Shown here: positions 13,104-25,275 of the stretch, piece by piece | Layout: every line of letters starts with the position of its first letter | Position numbering within the stretch: the first letter of the stretch is position 1 | NCBI RefSeq assembly: GCF_001194135.2 | Contig: NC_068990.1 | Coordinates: forward strand, 46,758,097-46,793,856 | Direction of reading: 5' to 3' | Source: Octopus bimaculoides | Taxonomy: Eukaryota | Length of the DNA stretch: 35,760 nt | Notes under the pieces: generated by a model | Database searches by the model: none | The model's input: only the letters and a program-made list of their open reading frames with translations | What the model was told of the DNA's origin: nothing | Made by a program: the position numbers and the translations under genes

Positions 13104-13150
13104 ACCTTTTGATTATTTTAAAGTCCTTTGTAGAGGTTTAAAACTGTTGC
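12901..13150. repeat. About 58-bp unit present twice direct and once inverted, separated by (TA)n
   Basis: GCAACAGTTTTAAACCTCTACAAAGGACTTTAAAATAATCAAAAGGTATACATACATAT at 12902 and 13003; exact reverse complement ends at 13150. Confidence 0.95.
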
Positions 13151-13674
13151 TTGCTTAGGCTTATGCTGAATTCCTTCACTATATCACCTGCAATATAAGT
13201 TTACATTCGATAAAGAATTAGCACATACGATTTATTACATTTCATAAAATACCGCAAATAACACAGACTATTAAATATAGTTGTTACACATTTTACACTA
13301 TACGCCATTAATTATACACCAGAGATACAAAAATGGAATTTCGTTGGTTGCAACGATGAATGTTCTGGTTATTCGATCGGTTAAATCAGCGTGTAAGTGG
13401 TTGGGTATTTCACAGCCCTTGTTTTTCCTTAACTTAGTTTTTAGGGAAATTCAACATCACCTTCTCACACTCCAATATACACCCACACAGACACACACAC
13501 ACATACACACACACACACACACACACATACACACACACATACACGCACGCCAGCACATATCTAGATTATCATTTGCCGTTTATTTTTTGCTTGTTTCATT
13601 TATTGAACAGTGGTCTTGCTGAGACATCGCCTTGAAGAGATTTAGCCGGATAAATCGACTTATTTTAAAGTTTG

Positions 13675-13945
13675 ATATTTATTTTATTTGCCGAACTTCT
13701 AGATTATGGAAATGTAAACAAACCAATCCCGGTTGTCAAACGGTATACTCGATTGGCTTCTTTCAATTTCTGCCTACCAAATCTACACACAAGGCTTTGG
13801 TCGTCCGAGGCTATAATAAAAGATACTTGTCCAAGGTACCGCAAAGTGGGACTGAAATCAAGACCACATGGTTATGAAACAAGCTTCTGAACCACACGTC
13901 AATGCCAACGCCCACCTCCTTAACAGTCATGCCTGCACCTATGTA
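13675..13945 (-). mobile_element. SINE family A copy
   Basis: Reverse complement of the 12490-12760 sequence, retaining the B-box (GTGGGACTGAAATCAAGACCACATGG). A further degenerate copy follows at about 13960-14090. Confidence 0.8.
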
Positions 13946-15628
13946 CATAGTATTTGTAAAATGTTGCTTCCGACCTTCCAAACAGTTTCCGTCTATTCAA
14001 TTACAACACTTGGGCCATACGATAGCAAAAGTGAAAGATCCTTGCTCAGATATCCCACAGGGGAATCCAAGCCAGGACTCCAAGAAGTAAATAACAGATA
14101 ACACACAAAATAGACTAACCACATGATGGATCCTCCAATGATTTCGACAATGAACATTTAGTTGTTCGATCAACTGAACGTTCGACTCTTTATGACTGAG
14201 TATTCTCAAGACATGTTTATCTTTAAAGTAATTATAATTACAGGCAGATTAAGCGTGATACAGTATGTGACAAGACTGAATGTTTGAATTACTGGAAAAG
14301 TTCATCCACAATGTTTGTTCCCACTCAATTACATTTGCAAGAGTTAGGTTAATCTGAAGCTATAGTAGAGTTTCTTGCCCTACATATCAGNNNNNNNNNN
14401 NNNNNNNNNNNNNNNNNNNNNNNNNNNNNNNNNNNNNNNNNNNNNNNNNNNNNNNNNNNNNNNNNNNNNNNNNNNNNNNNNNCAAGAGTTAGGTTAATCT
14501 GAAGCTATAGTAGAGTTTCTTGCCCTACATATCAGATAGATGTTGAAATTTGGACCTCACAATTACGATGCGGTCTTTTTAGCCTCTCAGTCCTACTTGC
14601 ATCTAAGCTGATTGCATTTAGTTTATTTCCTAATACACTGAATCATGCACGTGCATGTTGACTCGTATATAGTGTCATGTTGACGCGTATATTGTGAGTG
14701 AAAATGGGTAGATGGAGATGGTGTAGAAGCTTGTGAATTACGTTAAGGATATATGCGTTTGTGGTATGCTCATCCACTTACACGTTAACTCAGGAGCAGA
14801 TAATTCAGATGATCGAGCAACTGAATCTTCATCGTCGAACATTGAAGAACCACCACTACCATACCTTCTCTCACCGCTCATCCATAAAATTTTAAGGTCT
14901 TAGTATACTCTATTACGCTAATTACTCAACTGCATACAGTATAGAACATTATATTTCACATTACACATCACATTACACATGAAATATGCATGTAGTATAT
15001 ACATATACTTGTGAACATACGCATTCACATGCGACAGTCATAAATCCATGCAATATCCACGTACACTTGTGGCATACAAATACAAATATTGTACATGCAA
15101 CGCACACATACTCATAAATACAATTAGATACACCAGATACATTCAACCTATTGCATACACACACATACACAGACAGACAGACAGACAGACAGATAGATAC
15201 ATACATACATACATACACACACATACATACATACATACATACATACATACATACATACATAACCCGCACAAAACCATAGACACACACACATATACATCAC
15301 ATAAATCTATCTACAGAACATACAGATGACCAAGAATCAATTAATACTATCTATTATTCCCCTTGACTCAACATATCTCTTGAATCTATCACGCAGAGAT
15401 TGCTGTAGAATGACCTCTAGTCTACAATCACAAGAAGCCATATGTCTTCTTCATATTATTATAAAGTTGAAATAACTCATTGTCAAATAACTATTTCTAG
15501 GCTATAGTAAGCGAAGATAATACACGGTAATTTCGCCATCTTGTGCAGAAAACAGAGCATGAGCAAATAGTGTTGTATCGTATTTATATCTTCACGTCAT
15601 GGATCTAATTTCAAATTTTGCTCTAGTC

Positions 15629-15713
15629 CAGTGGGTCCTGCCTTTTCACAGTGGTTCCCGACCCTTTAATTTAAATGAATTTTGCCACGGAAGTTTTTTA
15701 ATATGCTCATCCT

Positions 15714-15757
<44 letters not shown>

Positions 15758-15836
15758 TTTGAATTTAGTTTACAGACACCCAGTACTACCTTTGCGAACC
15801 ACCAGGTTTCTGAGGATCCCAGGTTGGGAACCACTG
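15629..15836. mobile_element. hAT/Charlie-type MITE
   Basis: Left CAGTGGTTCCCGACC (15649; outer degenerate copy CAGTGGGTCC at 15629) and right CAGGTTGGGAACCACTG (15820-15836); flanks CTCTAGTC and CTAGTC resemble a Charlie-type NTCTAGAN target. Confidence 0.75.
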
Positions 15837-16211
15837 CTAGTCAGTAGAATATAGTACTAGGAAGGCGGAGGAGAGGACACAAAGCGCCTAAACACTCGCT
15901 ACTTAAACCCAGCCTTACCAATTTACTATAGTTCCTAAAACATATTTCCATCATTATATATATGTGTGTATATGTGTGTGTGTGTTTGTGTATGTGTGTT
16001 TGTGTGTGTGTGTGTGTGTACGTGCGTGTGCGTGCGTGTGTATGTATATATATATATATATGGGAGAATGTACGAAAAAACAACAACAGACGAGGACAGG
16101 TGGTGTAAATAACAAAAGGATGTATTAGTATGACGCTCGGGAATACGGAAAGTCTTTGNNNNNNNNNNNNNNNNNNNNNNNNNNNNNNNNNNNNNNNNNN
16201 NNNNNNNNNNN

Positions 16212-16255
<44 letters not shown>

Positions 16256-16459
16256 TTATATCTTTTATATTTTTCATGCCTATCAGAGTAACTTACCTTT
16301 TATTCAACGAATTTTTTTTCATAGCGTCTTTCGTCAAAAATAGCCGATGAAAATGCCTCGAAGCTTTTAGCTCCGTCATTTGAAACTCTGAGTTCTGTTA
16401 TGACAACTTGCTGATTGTCCTATACTATACTAAACTATACTATACTATACTATACTATA

Positions 16460-16494
<35 letters not shown>

Positions 16495-16717
16495 GAGTGG
16501 ACAAACGAAAGGGCACTGAACAAATTTATTGGGATTTAGATGTATGGATAAAAACAGATTGATTCAAATTCGTTGGTACACTTAAGTTTCAAGCGTGATG
16601 CTAGTCGTCAGTCATTTTGAATTTGAAGGATAGAATTTGATTGTTATTTCTGAAAGTTGGGCTGCAATTGGTCGAGGAAAGTCACGCAGATAACAGTTGG
16701 AATATACCGCATGGTGA

Positions 16718-16810
16718 ACAGGAAATTGATCACGTGGAAGACAGGAAATAGACCACGTGGTAATTAAGAAATCAGTTCGGTTGTTGGGGGAGCAGAAAGG
16801 GGCGGCATGT
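16718..16810. promoter_or_regulatory. Possible cis-regulatory motif cluster (2x ETS-like + E-box, GC box)
   Basis: ACAGGAAATTGATCACGTGG and ACAGGAAATAGACCACGTGG at a 23-bp period, plus GGGGCGGC near 16800. Motif-only evidence. Confidence 0.2.
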
Positions 16811-17172
16811 GCAAGTATATAGTTGTATATGTTTGTAGACGCGCTCATATGGCTTTGCGTGCATGTGTGCATCGATGCGAGCATTGATGCGAGCGTGCTC
16901 ATCTGTACATGGGCGAGCGCGCGCACGTCTACATACACACGCACACACACATACGCTTATACGAATATGCACACGCGCACACGCATACACATATACACGC
17001 GTACGCATCATGCACACACATGCTCACAGACACACACATACACATGCGTATTCATTCGTATGTACATATGCATATTCACTTGCATGTACGCATGCATATC
17101 AGAGTGCGCGCGTACATGGATGCGCGTGCACATGTGCATGCGCACGCGCGCGTGAGTATACACGCGCAAAAC

Positions 17173-17257
17173 AAGCGTTGGGTATTGATAAGCGTTGGGT
17201 ATTGATAAGCGTTGGGGATTGGTATGCGTTGGGAGTTAGTAAATGTTGGGGATTAGT
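17173..17257. repeat. 17-bp minisatellite, 5 copies (AAGCGTTGGGTATTGAT)
   Basis: Two identical units, then three progressively diverged units. Confidence 0.9.
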
Positions 17258-17269
17258 AATTGGCGGTCC

Positions 17270-18140
17270 TGCTCATGAGGTTGGTTGGTAGCTCTTGTGG
17301 ATGTTTACTGTATCCTCGTTAGGCTTCCTGTAAGGTCTAAGGTTACTTCTAAGAAATCGACCGTAGTCAGGTTGGTGGTAACCGTTATGGACAGGTCGAA
17401 CTCCTTAAATATTTTTATCAAGTCCTTCCGAAACCTGTCCATGGTGTGGCCTTTCATATGGCTTGAGATAGCCAGGTCGTCGTCCTTATAGAGGGCCGAC
17501 CTATGTGGATGGGTACGTCTCCTGAGGGTATCCAAGGTGTATAAGCCGACGAGGTCGGCGATTTCAGCCCCGTCAAAGCTCTCGATAGAGATGGCGAACA
17601 AAAGGAAAGGTCGCCTTCTTTTTTCACTCAGAATGAATCGTCGTGGGCCAGAATTGACTTTCTGGCATTCATGATAAGTCTGATATCAAGATCTCTAATT
17701 CTGATGTATTGCTAGCAAAAGTTAGAGCTTTCATAAGGAGGGGCTTAGATATGAAAGGGTAGAAGTCGACAATGTCGAACTGGGAGAATCAACAGACTGA
17801 TTTATTCTCGATACCGCGGATGCAGTCGACCACGGCTGCACTTGGAGTTCCATTGAATCAACCCTGTAGCTCTTCTGATATTGGAGTTGATAGTATCGAG
17901 AATACGTTTGCTAGTAATACCTGTTTCACTTTTAGAGGGGATGGTCACCCTCACTTGAGATTGGAGTGGAAGTAAGGATTATGGTCCTTAAGTGTAATAG
18001 GAGGGTCGCGTGGCGAGGCAGTCCACGCGATCCTTTATATCAAGGCGGGTGGCTAGCTCCTTTGCTTCCGTGTTTATGTCATTGTATATGGTATTACGGG
18101 TTTTCTTGTGTGTTTTGGTGATGGCACTTCTAAGACGTTT
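17270..18140 (-). pseudogene. Penelope-like retroelement reverse transcriptase fragment (frameshifts, stops)
   Basis: Minus translation gives AITKTHKK, INTEAKELA..LDIKDRV, ITLKDH, PSKSETG, QFDIVDFYP (17757-17782), ARKS, SFDGAEIADLVGLY (from 17580), LYKDD (YKDD at 17479-17490), FRKDLIKIFKEFDLSITV..N...VDFLEVTLDL and YRKPN. Confidence 0.92.
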
Positions 18141-18357
18141 TGTTAGAAGATACTCCTAGCATATGCACTCACTTAGATCCAGGGGCAGAGTTCTCTCCAC
18201 TTCTCTGTCACATTTTCTCTGGAGACTTCGTGATCTCCGAGATGAAATACACAACATCAAGTCGACTATTGTCCAGAGAGCGCCACCATATTCACCCAGG
18301 ATCTCAACTGCCAGCTCTGCCTCCGCGGAAAACTGTGTATCCTTCAATATCAAGACT
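18135..18357 (+). pseudogene. PLE GIY-YIG endonuclease C-terminal fragment, inverted relative to the adjacent RT
   Basis: Plus translation RRYS*HMHSLR..STSLSHFLWRLRD..IKSTIVQRAPPYSP then, with frameshifts, NCQLCL-AEK-LCIL. This matches the RY..H..SF..ST.LS..IW.LK..I...IV.RA.PY..C.LCL.EK pattern of PLE endonucleases. Confidence 0.75.
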
Positions 18358-18627
18358 AAGTAATTGAAATTTTAGCTTTTTTTCATATACATCCCACGTA
18401 TGTTCTATTTATATATATTTTTATATATATTTATATATATTTACGTTTTTAAAAAAATATTCATATATATTTTGTATCTTGATATGTATTAATTTATATA
18501 TTTAAAAAAAAGTTTGTTGCTTAATTTGAGCTTTTATTTTAATTCTTATCCTTTGTCTTGGGTTCGACCAGAGCACTTCTTAAGCAGTTCTATATATTTC
18601 GTAAAAAATAATTATAATATTATATAT

Positions 18628-18658
<31 letters not shown>

Positions 18659-18721
18659 ACCCTGCATCTACCTTCTATAATGTGGCCTTCCAATTTAATG
18701 AAGTCCTTGAGGTGTTTTATA

Positions 18722-18755
18722 TCAGAAACATTTGAGAGACAAAGCTCTTCATCAG
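18722..18755 (-). ncRNA. Decayed hammerhead-like remnant
   Basis: Minus: CUGAUGA AGAG CUUUGU CUCU CAAA UGUU UC. Stem II pairs, G12 is lost, and the 5' strand of stem I is replaced by a SINE. Confidence 0.35.
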
Positions 18756-18925
18756 ACGGGCAGCACTACTAAAACGAATTCCAGCTAATTTTTCGTCTAC
18801 CAAATTCACTCAAGACTTTGGTCGGCTCTGGGTTATAGTAGAAAACACTAGACTAAGCTGTTGCGCAGTGGGACTGAAACCGAAACTACATGGTTGCAAA
18901 GCAAACTTCTTAACCTCTTAACTAT
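18756..18925 (-). mobile_element. SINE family A fragment
   Basis: CGTCTACCAAATTCACTCAAGACTTTGGTCGGC..GCAGTGGGACTGAAACCGAAACTACATGGTTG. Confidence 0.8.
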
Positions 18926-19524
18926 GGCTTACCTTATACTATTTGTTTATGTAAGAAGTAGGTATATACTATAACCGAGTGACACTGTCACTTCCCAACA
19001 CACAGATATACACATATATACATTTCCATGATTTATCTCCATTTCAACGTGAACGTTCTCTTAGAACAAACTTTACTGCAATAGTTAGCATGAGAGAAAC
19101 TCTCGTATTGGCTTTTTCGTGCAAAATGCACTCTTGTTTATATCATTAGGGAGGGGGAGATAAATCCCCACTACCTCCAGTGCTGAGATTACTAGATTAC
19201 GTGAATTCGTCCTTGTTCGATCATGTCGATGATAGACACTCGACCGTCAGAGACTGTTATGGTACATCTCTCCTCCAGCGATATATAGATTGATAGTGCC
19301 AGGACAGGCGCTTGTGTCGCGATTAACCAGTTAGATTATTTTTAATGCATATTATCGACAGAGGCAGTACTAATACTGGATTGTTTTCTGTTAAAAGCAA
19401 GTTTGGAGCTTAGGAAAAAAAAAAAAAACGCCAAATTATTGTTTGCACTTTGCTGAGGTCAACTTTCCCATTATCCCTACAAGCAAAGTAATTAATATAT
19501 TAGGGTACTTCAAGTAACTTAGTG

Positions 19525-19715
19525 ATTTCAAGTTTTGGCACAAGGCCAGCAATTTCGGGAGCGGTGAGCAAGTCGATTGCATTGACCCCCAAAGTTCACC
19601 TGGAATCATTTTATCAAACACGAAAGGATAAAAGTTAAAGATGACTTCGATGGAATTTGAACTCAGAAAGTAAAAACGGACAAGTATTTTGCTAACGATT
19701 ATGCCAACTTGCAGC
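19525..19715 (-). mobile_element. SINE family B copy
   Basis: GGCACAAGGCC..GTCGATT..CGAAAGGAT..GGAATTTGAACTCAGAA (reverse-complement B-box). Confidence 0.75.
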
Positions 19716-19980
19716 CTTTGCTTTAAATACTATCTCAGAGTATATAAAAATGAGCGTGCACCAAGATTTAAAACAAAACCGCAACAAAGACGCTGATGAA
19801 AATAAATAAAACTCTGAATTCATGTCTAGCCAATAGAAATTATTTGCCTTGTTACTAATCTAATAGTAGAACTATTAATAGTAGTTGTCATTGTTGCTGT
19901 AATTGGGTTTATTGCAGTTGAGACTGTTTCTCTCGTTGGAAATTATGATTAATCACATCGATGTATGTATGTATGTATGT

Positions 19981-20103
<123 letters not shown>

Positions 20104-20674
20104 GAATCAAAGACTCGATTCATATGACCATTTCCTGCAAATTAATGTTCAATATCAGACAGACGACTAGGGTAAAAGACTTAAGTAAATAACAGCCTTA
20201 ATTAATCTCAATGGGACGCCATATTAACCCTAAATTGCGTTCCGATAATTTCCTCTATGCCGATGTAAATGTTTAACTAGAATGCAGTAATATCCAGTAG
20301 ACATGCACACACACACACACACACACACACATTGTTGTTACTTCATTACATTGCTCTAAACCGCTTGTAACTGCATCAACCTAACTGCAATATGTAGATA
20401 TGTGTATGTATGTGTGTGTGTATATTATATATATATATATATATGCATACTTATATGTATGAATTATATATGCGTGTATATGTGTGAGAATATATGTATG
20501 CACGTATTCGTACATATATAAATGCGCATGGATATACCTAAAATTATGCACACATTTATATGTAAATATATATATTCATATATGTATATATGTGCGTGTA
20601 TGTGTGTTTGTGTACGTGTATGCGTGTGAGCCATACTCCACAGAACCACACATACATGTACAGGTATATACATG

Positions 20675-20715
<41 letters not shown>

Positions 20716-21324
20716 NNNNNNNNNNNNNNNNNNNNNNNNNNNNNNNNNNNNNNNNNNNNNNNNNNNNNNNNNNNNNNNNNNNNNNNNNNNNNNNNNNNNN
20801 NNNNNNNNNNNNNNNNNNNNNNNNNNNNNNNNNNNNNNNNNNNNNNNNNNNNNNNNNNNNNNNNNNNNNNNNNNNNNNNNNNNNNNNNNNNNNNNNNNNN
20901 NNNNNNNNNNNNNNNNNNNNNNNNNNNNNNNNNNNNNNNNNNNNNNNNNNNNNNNNNNNNNNNNNNNNNNNNNNNNNNNNNNNNNNNNNNNNNNNNNNNN
21001 NNNNNNNNNNNNNNNNNNNNNNNNNNNNNNNNNNNNNNNNNNNNNNNNNNNNNNNNNNNNNNNNNNNNNNNNNNNNNNNNNNNNNNNNNNNNNNNNNNNN
21101 NNNNNNNNNNNNNNNNNNNNNNNNNNNNNNNNNNNNNNNNNNNNNNNNNNNNNNNNNNNNNNNNNNNNNNNNNNNNNNNNNNNNNNNNNNNNNNNNNNNN
21201 NNNNNNNNNNNNNNNNNNNNNNNNNNNNNNNNNNNNNNNNNNNNNNNNNNNNNNNNNNNNNNNNNNNNNNNNNNNNNNNNNNNNNNNNNNNNNNNNNNNN
21301 NNNNNNNNNNNNNNNNNNNNNNNN

Positions 21325-21381
<57 letters not shown>

Positions 21382-23096
21382 GCACATGTACCTGTGTGTT
21401 TGTGTATACATAGCGCATGTACATGTATATTTGTTTGTCTATGCGTATATATGTATGTGTGTTATTAATTAGCGTCTTATGTGTATGTCTATGTTGTGTC
21501 TGTATGTCTGTGTGTCAGTGTGTCTCTCTGTGCGTCTGTGTAGGTGCCTTGTTTCGAGTGTGTTTGTGAGTGTGTATGTCTGAGACTTTGTGCGTATATC
21601 TGTGTGCGCGCGCATGTGTGTAGACACAGACAATAGCTGGAAACTGGATATGCTTAGTAGAGAAAACAATTAATAAGTACTCAAATGAATTTGAATTTAA
21701 ATTCCAAAATTGTTCATCCAGAACCAGGTCGATTGCGCTAAGAGTAGCTATAAGAGAAATCCAAGTCGTGCTATTGTGTAGCTAGTAATACAGATATACA
21801 CAATTAGGCTTACCAAATACATACATATACACACAGACACAGACAGACAGACAGACAGACACACACACACGCACGCACACACGCGCACGGACACACACAC
21901 ACACAAGTATATCTACTCACATTCAGAAAGATGAACACATATATACATATATACATATACATATACATACATATAAATATATTTATATAGAGCATAAAAA
22001 ATACAGAATGCTTAAAGAAGGATACATAGTTTCTTTATTCGACAGCTGTTTCAGGTAGCTCGGAGTTAGCAACGAATCGTAATATTCATAATTTTCAGAT
22101 GGAATATGCAAAAAGTGTTGGGAATGCAATCAATAAACAATTACACGGAGACAGAATAAGTTCGGCTTTCCTCATCAAGAGAAAATCGGCAAAAGCAGTT
22201 CATATAGTAATGCTAGAGATTTAAACGGTTGAGGGAAGAGAGGAGGAAGGATAAGAACGAAAGTCATGGAAAGGGAGGAGTATATATGCGACGTAGGAAG
22301 GAAGAACCGAGGTAGAAAAGAAAAGGCAGGGAGAGGGAGGAGGAGTTCTATGACATGGAGGTCTGAACAGAGATAGAAAAAATGAAACAGATGAGGGGAC
22401 GAAGTTAAAGTCAGTGTAGTGAAAGGGAACGTCACTGATGGTCAAGCGAATCTCACTAAGCAGACAATACATTTGTTAGAAAGGGCAGCTGACCATACAA
22501 AGAAACTTGAAGAGATAAACACAGAAGGGAGCCTTCCACCACATCAGCATTCGTTGCGTAACATCTCTGCCGTTATCTCTTATCATGCACTGAAAAGAAC
22601 TACTTCAAAATTTTTGGGACAACATTTCAAAATCCTCGGTGTGTTGGCACATGTTTAGGTTCTTTCTCAGTGGATTTCAACGAGGATCCACCTTATCCAT
22701 GACAGATGACAGTTGACACTTCTGATTACGCAGTTTTTTGTAAAACTGATCATAAGTAACACTGTTTTAACCGTTAAAATTATGTTTTTCAAACCACTGA
22801 AGAGTGCAGTCGATTGAAAATGCCATACATAATTAAACCCGCAGTAGACCCCACTAATATGTGATATTAGTTTGTAATCAGTGCTTCTATATTTTTATAC
22901 CAAAATATAAGCAAAGTGTATATGTATATAACGTATATATATTCACATATGTATATACAAATATATATATGCATGCACACACACACGCACACACAAACAC
23001 ACACATGCACACACACATAAGTATATATATATATCAATATATATGTGTATGTATGTGTGCATGTATGTATACGTGCATCTGTGTATGTATGTATAT

Positions 23097-23930
23097 AAAT
23101 AATGCGGGTTTTTCATGCTTCTTTTATTTTTCAAAATTAAGATAAACAAAGTTCTTTTTTAATCTAAAATATACTCTCCATCATTTTCTACAATGCTCTT
23201 CCCTCTTGCAAGGCCCCTCTTCCAAAATTCATTTGTTCGTGACGAAAAATACTTTTCCAGTATTGTTCTGACCTCGTCTACACAATTCATATTTTTTCCG
23301 TCCAAATGATTTTAAAGACTGCGGAATAAATGATAATCAGATGGGGCAATATCTTGCGAATATGGTGAGTGGAGTATCGTTTCCCATTCATACTGCTACA
23401 GCCTTTCGAATGTCATCCTCGCTGTGTGTGGCCGAGCATTATCCTGATGGAAGAACACCTTTCGTCTTGAAACCAAAGATGGTCGTTTTTCTTTCAACGC
23501 TGACTTACGCCGCTCAAGCTGCTCGCAGTAGATCTCCTTTGTTATCGTTTGGTTTGGGTTTAAATGTTCAAAGTGGACTAAACCTTTCATATCCCACCAA
23601 ACAGATAACAACACCTTACGCGGGGGATGACCTTCTTTAGCCTGGAGTGCCAGTGTTTCTCTTTTCCCTACTCAATGTCTTCGGCGCTTGACATTTTTAT
23701 AGAGAACCCATTTCTCGTCACCAGTTACTGGTTTACGCTTATTGTCCGATCCCCATATACTGCATTAATATTCCTCGCACTTACCCTTGCGTTGTTGCTT
23801 TATTGAACTCATAATAAAGCAAAATATGTCGAATATGCTCCATTGTAACTTCTATTATAGCTTTGAAAATATAACTGCTAAAATCGAACTGCACTAAAAA
23901 TAATGTTAAGATAAAACTACTACCTGCATT
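23097..23930 (-). mobile_element. Internally deleted mariner (D,D34D) transposon remnant
   Basis: Minus translation: HIRHILL-YEFNK..N..SARNINAVYGDRTISV, then directly VTGDEKWVLY (D 23717-19), LLSVWWD, HQDNARPH (D 23441-43), HSPYSQDIAPSDYHLF (D 23336-38). The last two aspartate codons are 105 nt apart, giving 34 intervening residues. TIRs are eroded. Confidence 0.93.
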
Positions 23931-24109
23931 TATAACAAGTTGATGCAGGTAGTTCATGCAATTGAAAAATTCACATTGTTTCTAATTGAGGACAACGACA
24001 ATGAAATATTTCTTTTCTATATTTTGGGGATTGCTGTAATTGTTCTATTGTATCCCTAAATACATTGCGAACCTGAGAAAAATGAACTGGCTTAAACGTG
24101 TTCAATCTA

Positions 24110-24250
24110 CCAGTATTGTGTCATTTTATGAGCCGTAACTTAACGGTTCGCCAGGCAGAATTTGATAAAAAAAAATACCATATTAATGGAGAAGGTTGAT
24201 TTGATTAGCTGAGTCACTGAAAGCCTTGCCCCTGTATGGTGGTAGTCTAA
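24110..24250 (+). mobile_element. SINE family A 3' fragment
   Basis: CCGTAACTTAACGGTTCGCCAGG matches CCGTAACTTAGCGGTTCGGCAAA at 12722. Confidence 0.55.
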
Positions 24251-24878
24251 TAACTTTTAAAAAATTAAAATGCAGTAGTGGATCTCGATCGAATCAGTAA
24301 CTAAATCACTCTTCCAGTATTGCGTTATGTCACTTTCTGTCACCTAACATAGCGCTTCGATAAACAGTTAATGGTGAAGTGAGTAAGCTTCTGATTTAGA
24401 AATTCCGGCTAGACATGCTCAACTAAATTGGTCTCTAGTTCAATAATATTTCGTTTCAAATTTGCTAAACTAGTTCCTAGTTCAATAGGGAAAATTGGTG
24501 CACTTGCATGGCCGCCAACCAATGCATGAAACCAGCAAAAGAATAAATGACTAACAGAATAAAGGAATATATAAACAATGCACATAGGCGAAACTAAGTT
24601 ATATTGCAGACGTTCATGTGAACATTGTTACGCAACTAATACGTCTTATTTTGGCTTCTTTTCAAATGTCACATATTTGAGTAATTGGTTGGGACAACGA
24701 GACAACGTTGTTATAAACTACTACTTCCAGATATTTCCCATCTGACCCTTCTAAAGAGGTTAAACACTTTCTAACATCCTATACTAAACATTAAAACTAA
24801 GTAGCCCTTGTTTATACACTCACTCAAACACATGAACTTCAAATTAATAATAATAATAATAACAACAACAACAACAAT

Positions 24879-24930
<52 letters not shown>

Positions 24931-24999
24931 TGGATGTACATGTGTATATATTAATATGCTTACGCATAAACATTCACATATACACACATGTATTTTTAT

Positions 25000-25037
<38 letters not shown>

Positions 25038-25243
25038 GCATTTACACACACACACACACACATACACACACATACACACACATACACAAAGACACACACA
25101 CACACACACAAATACACACACATATGTGCACATAAAAAAGTTAAGTTTCAGGACATTACAGAAATTCTTTCCTATTCAGATACCAAAATTCACACATTTA
25201 CACAAACATATGCAAAATTATAAGGCATATAAAGCATACGTAG

Positions 25244-25275
<32 letters not shown>

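Noticed and set aside
14338-14535. Exact 53-bp direct repeat on both sides of a gap
   Set aside because: Typical unmerged contig overlap (scaffolding artefact).
17173-17257. CRISPR-like array
   Set aside because: Contiguous tandem units without spacers, in a eukaryotic context.
19786-19830. CTGATGA...GAATTC..GTCT hammerhead look-alike
   Set aside because: No stem II pairing and no GAAA box.
22660-22760. QMTVDTSDYAV resembling the Gypsy RNase H TDASDYA motif
   Set aside because: Short match, in-frame stop, and no neighbouring pol motifs.
22794-22830. CTGAAGA..GAAA box pair
   Set aside because: No stem I complement and stem II is incomplete.
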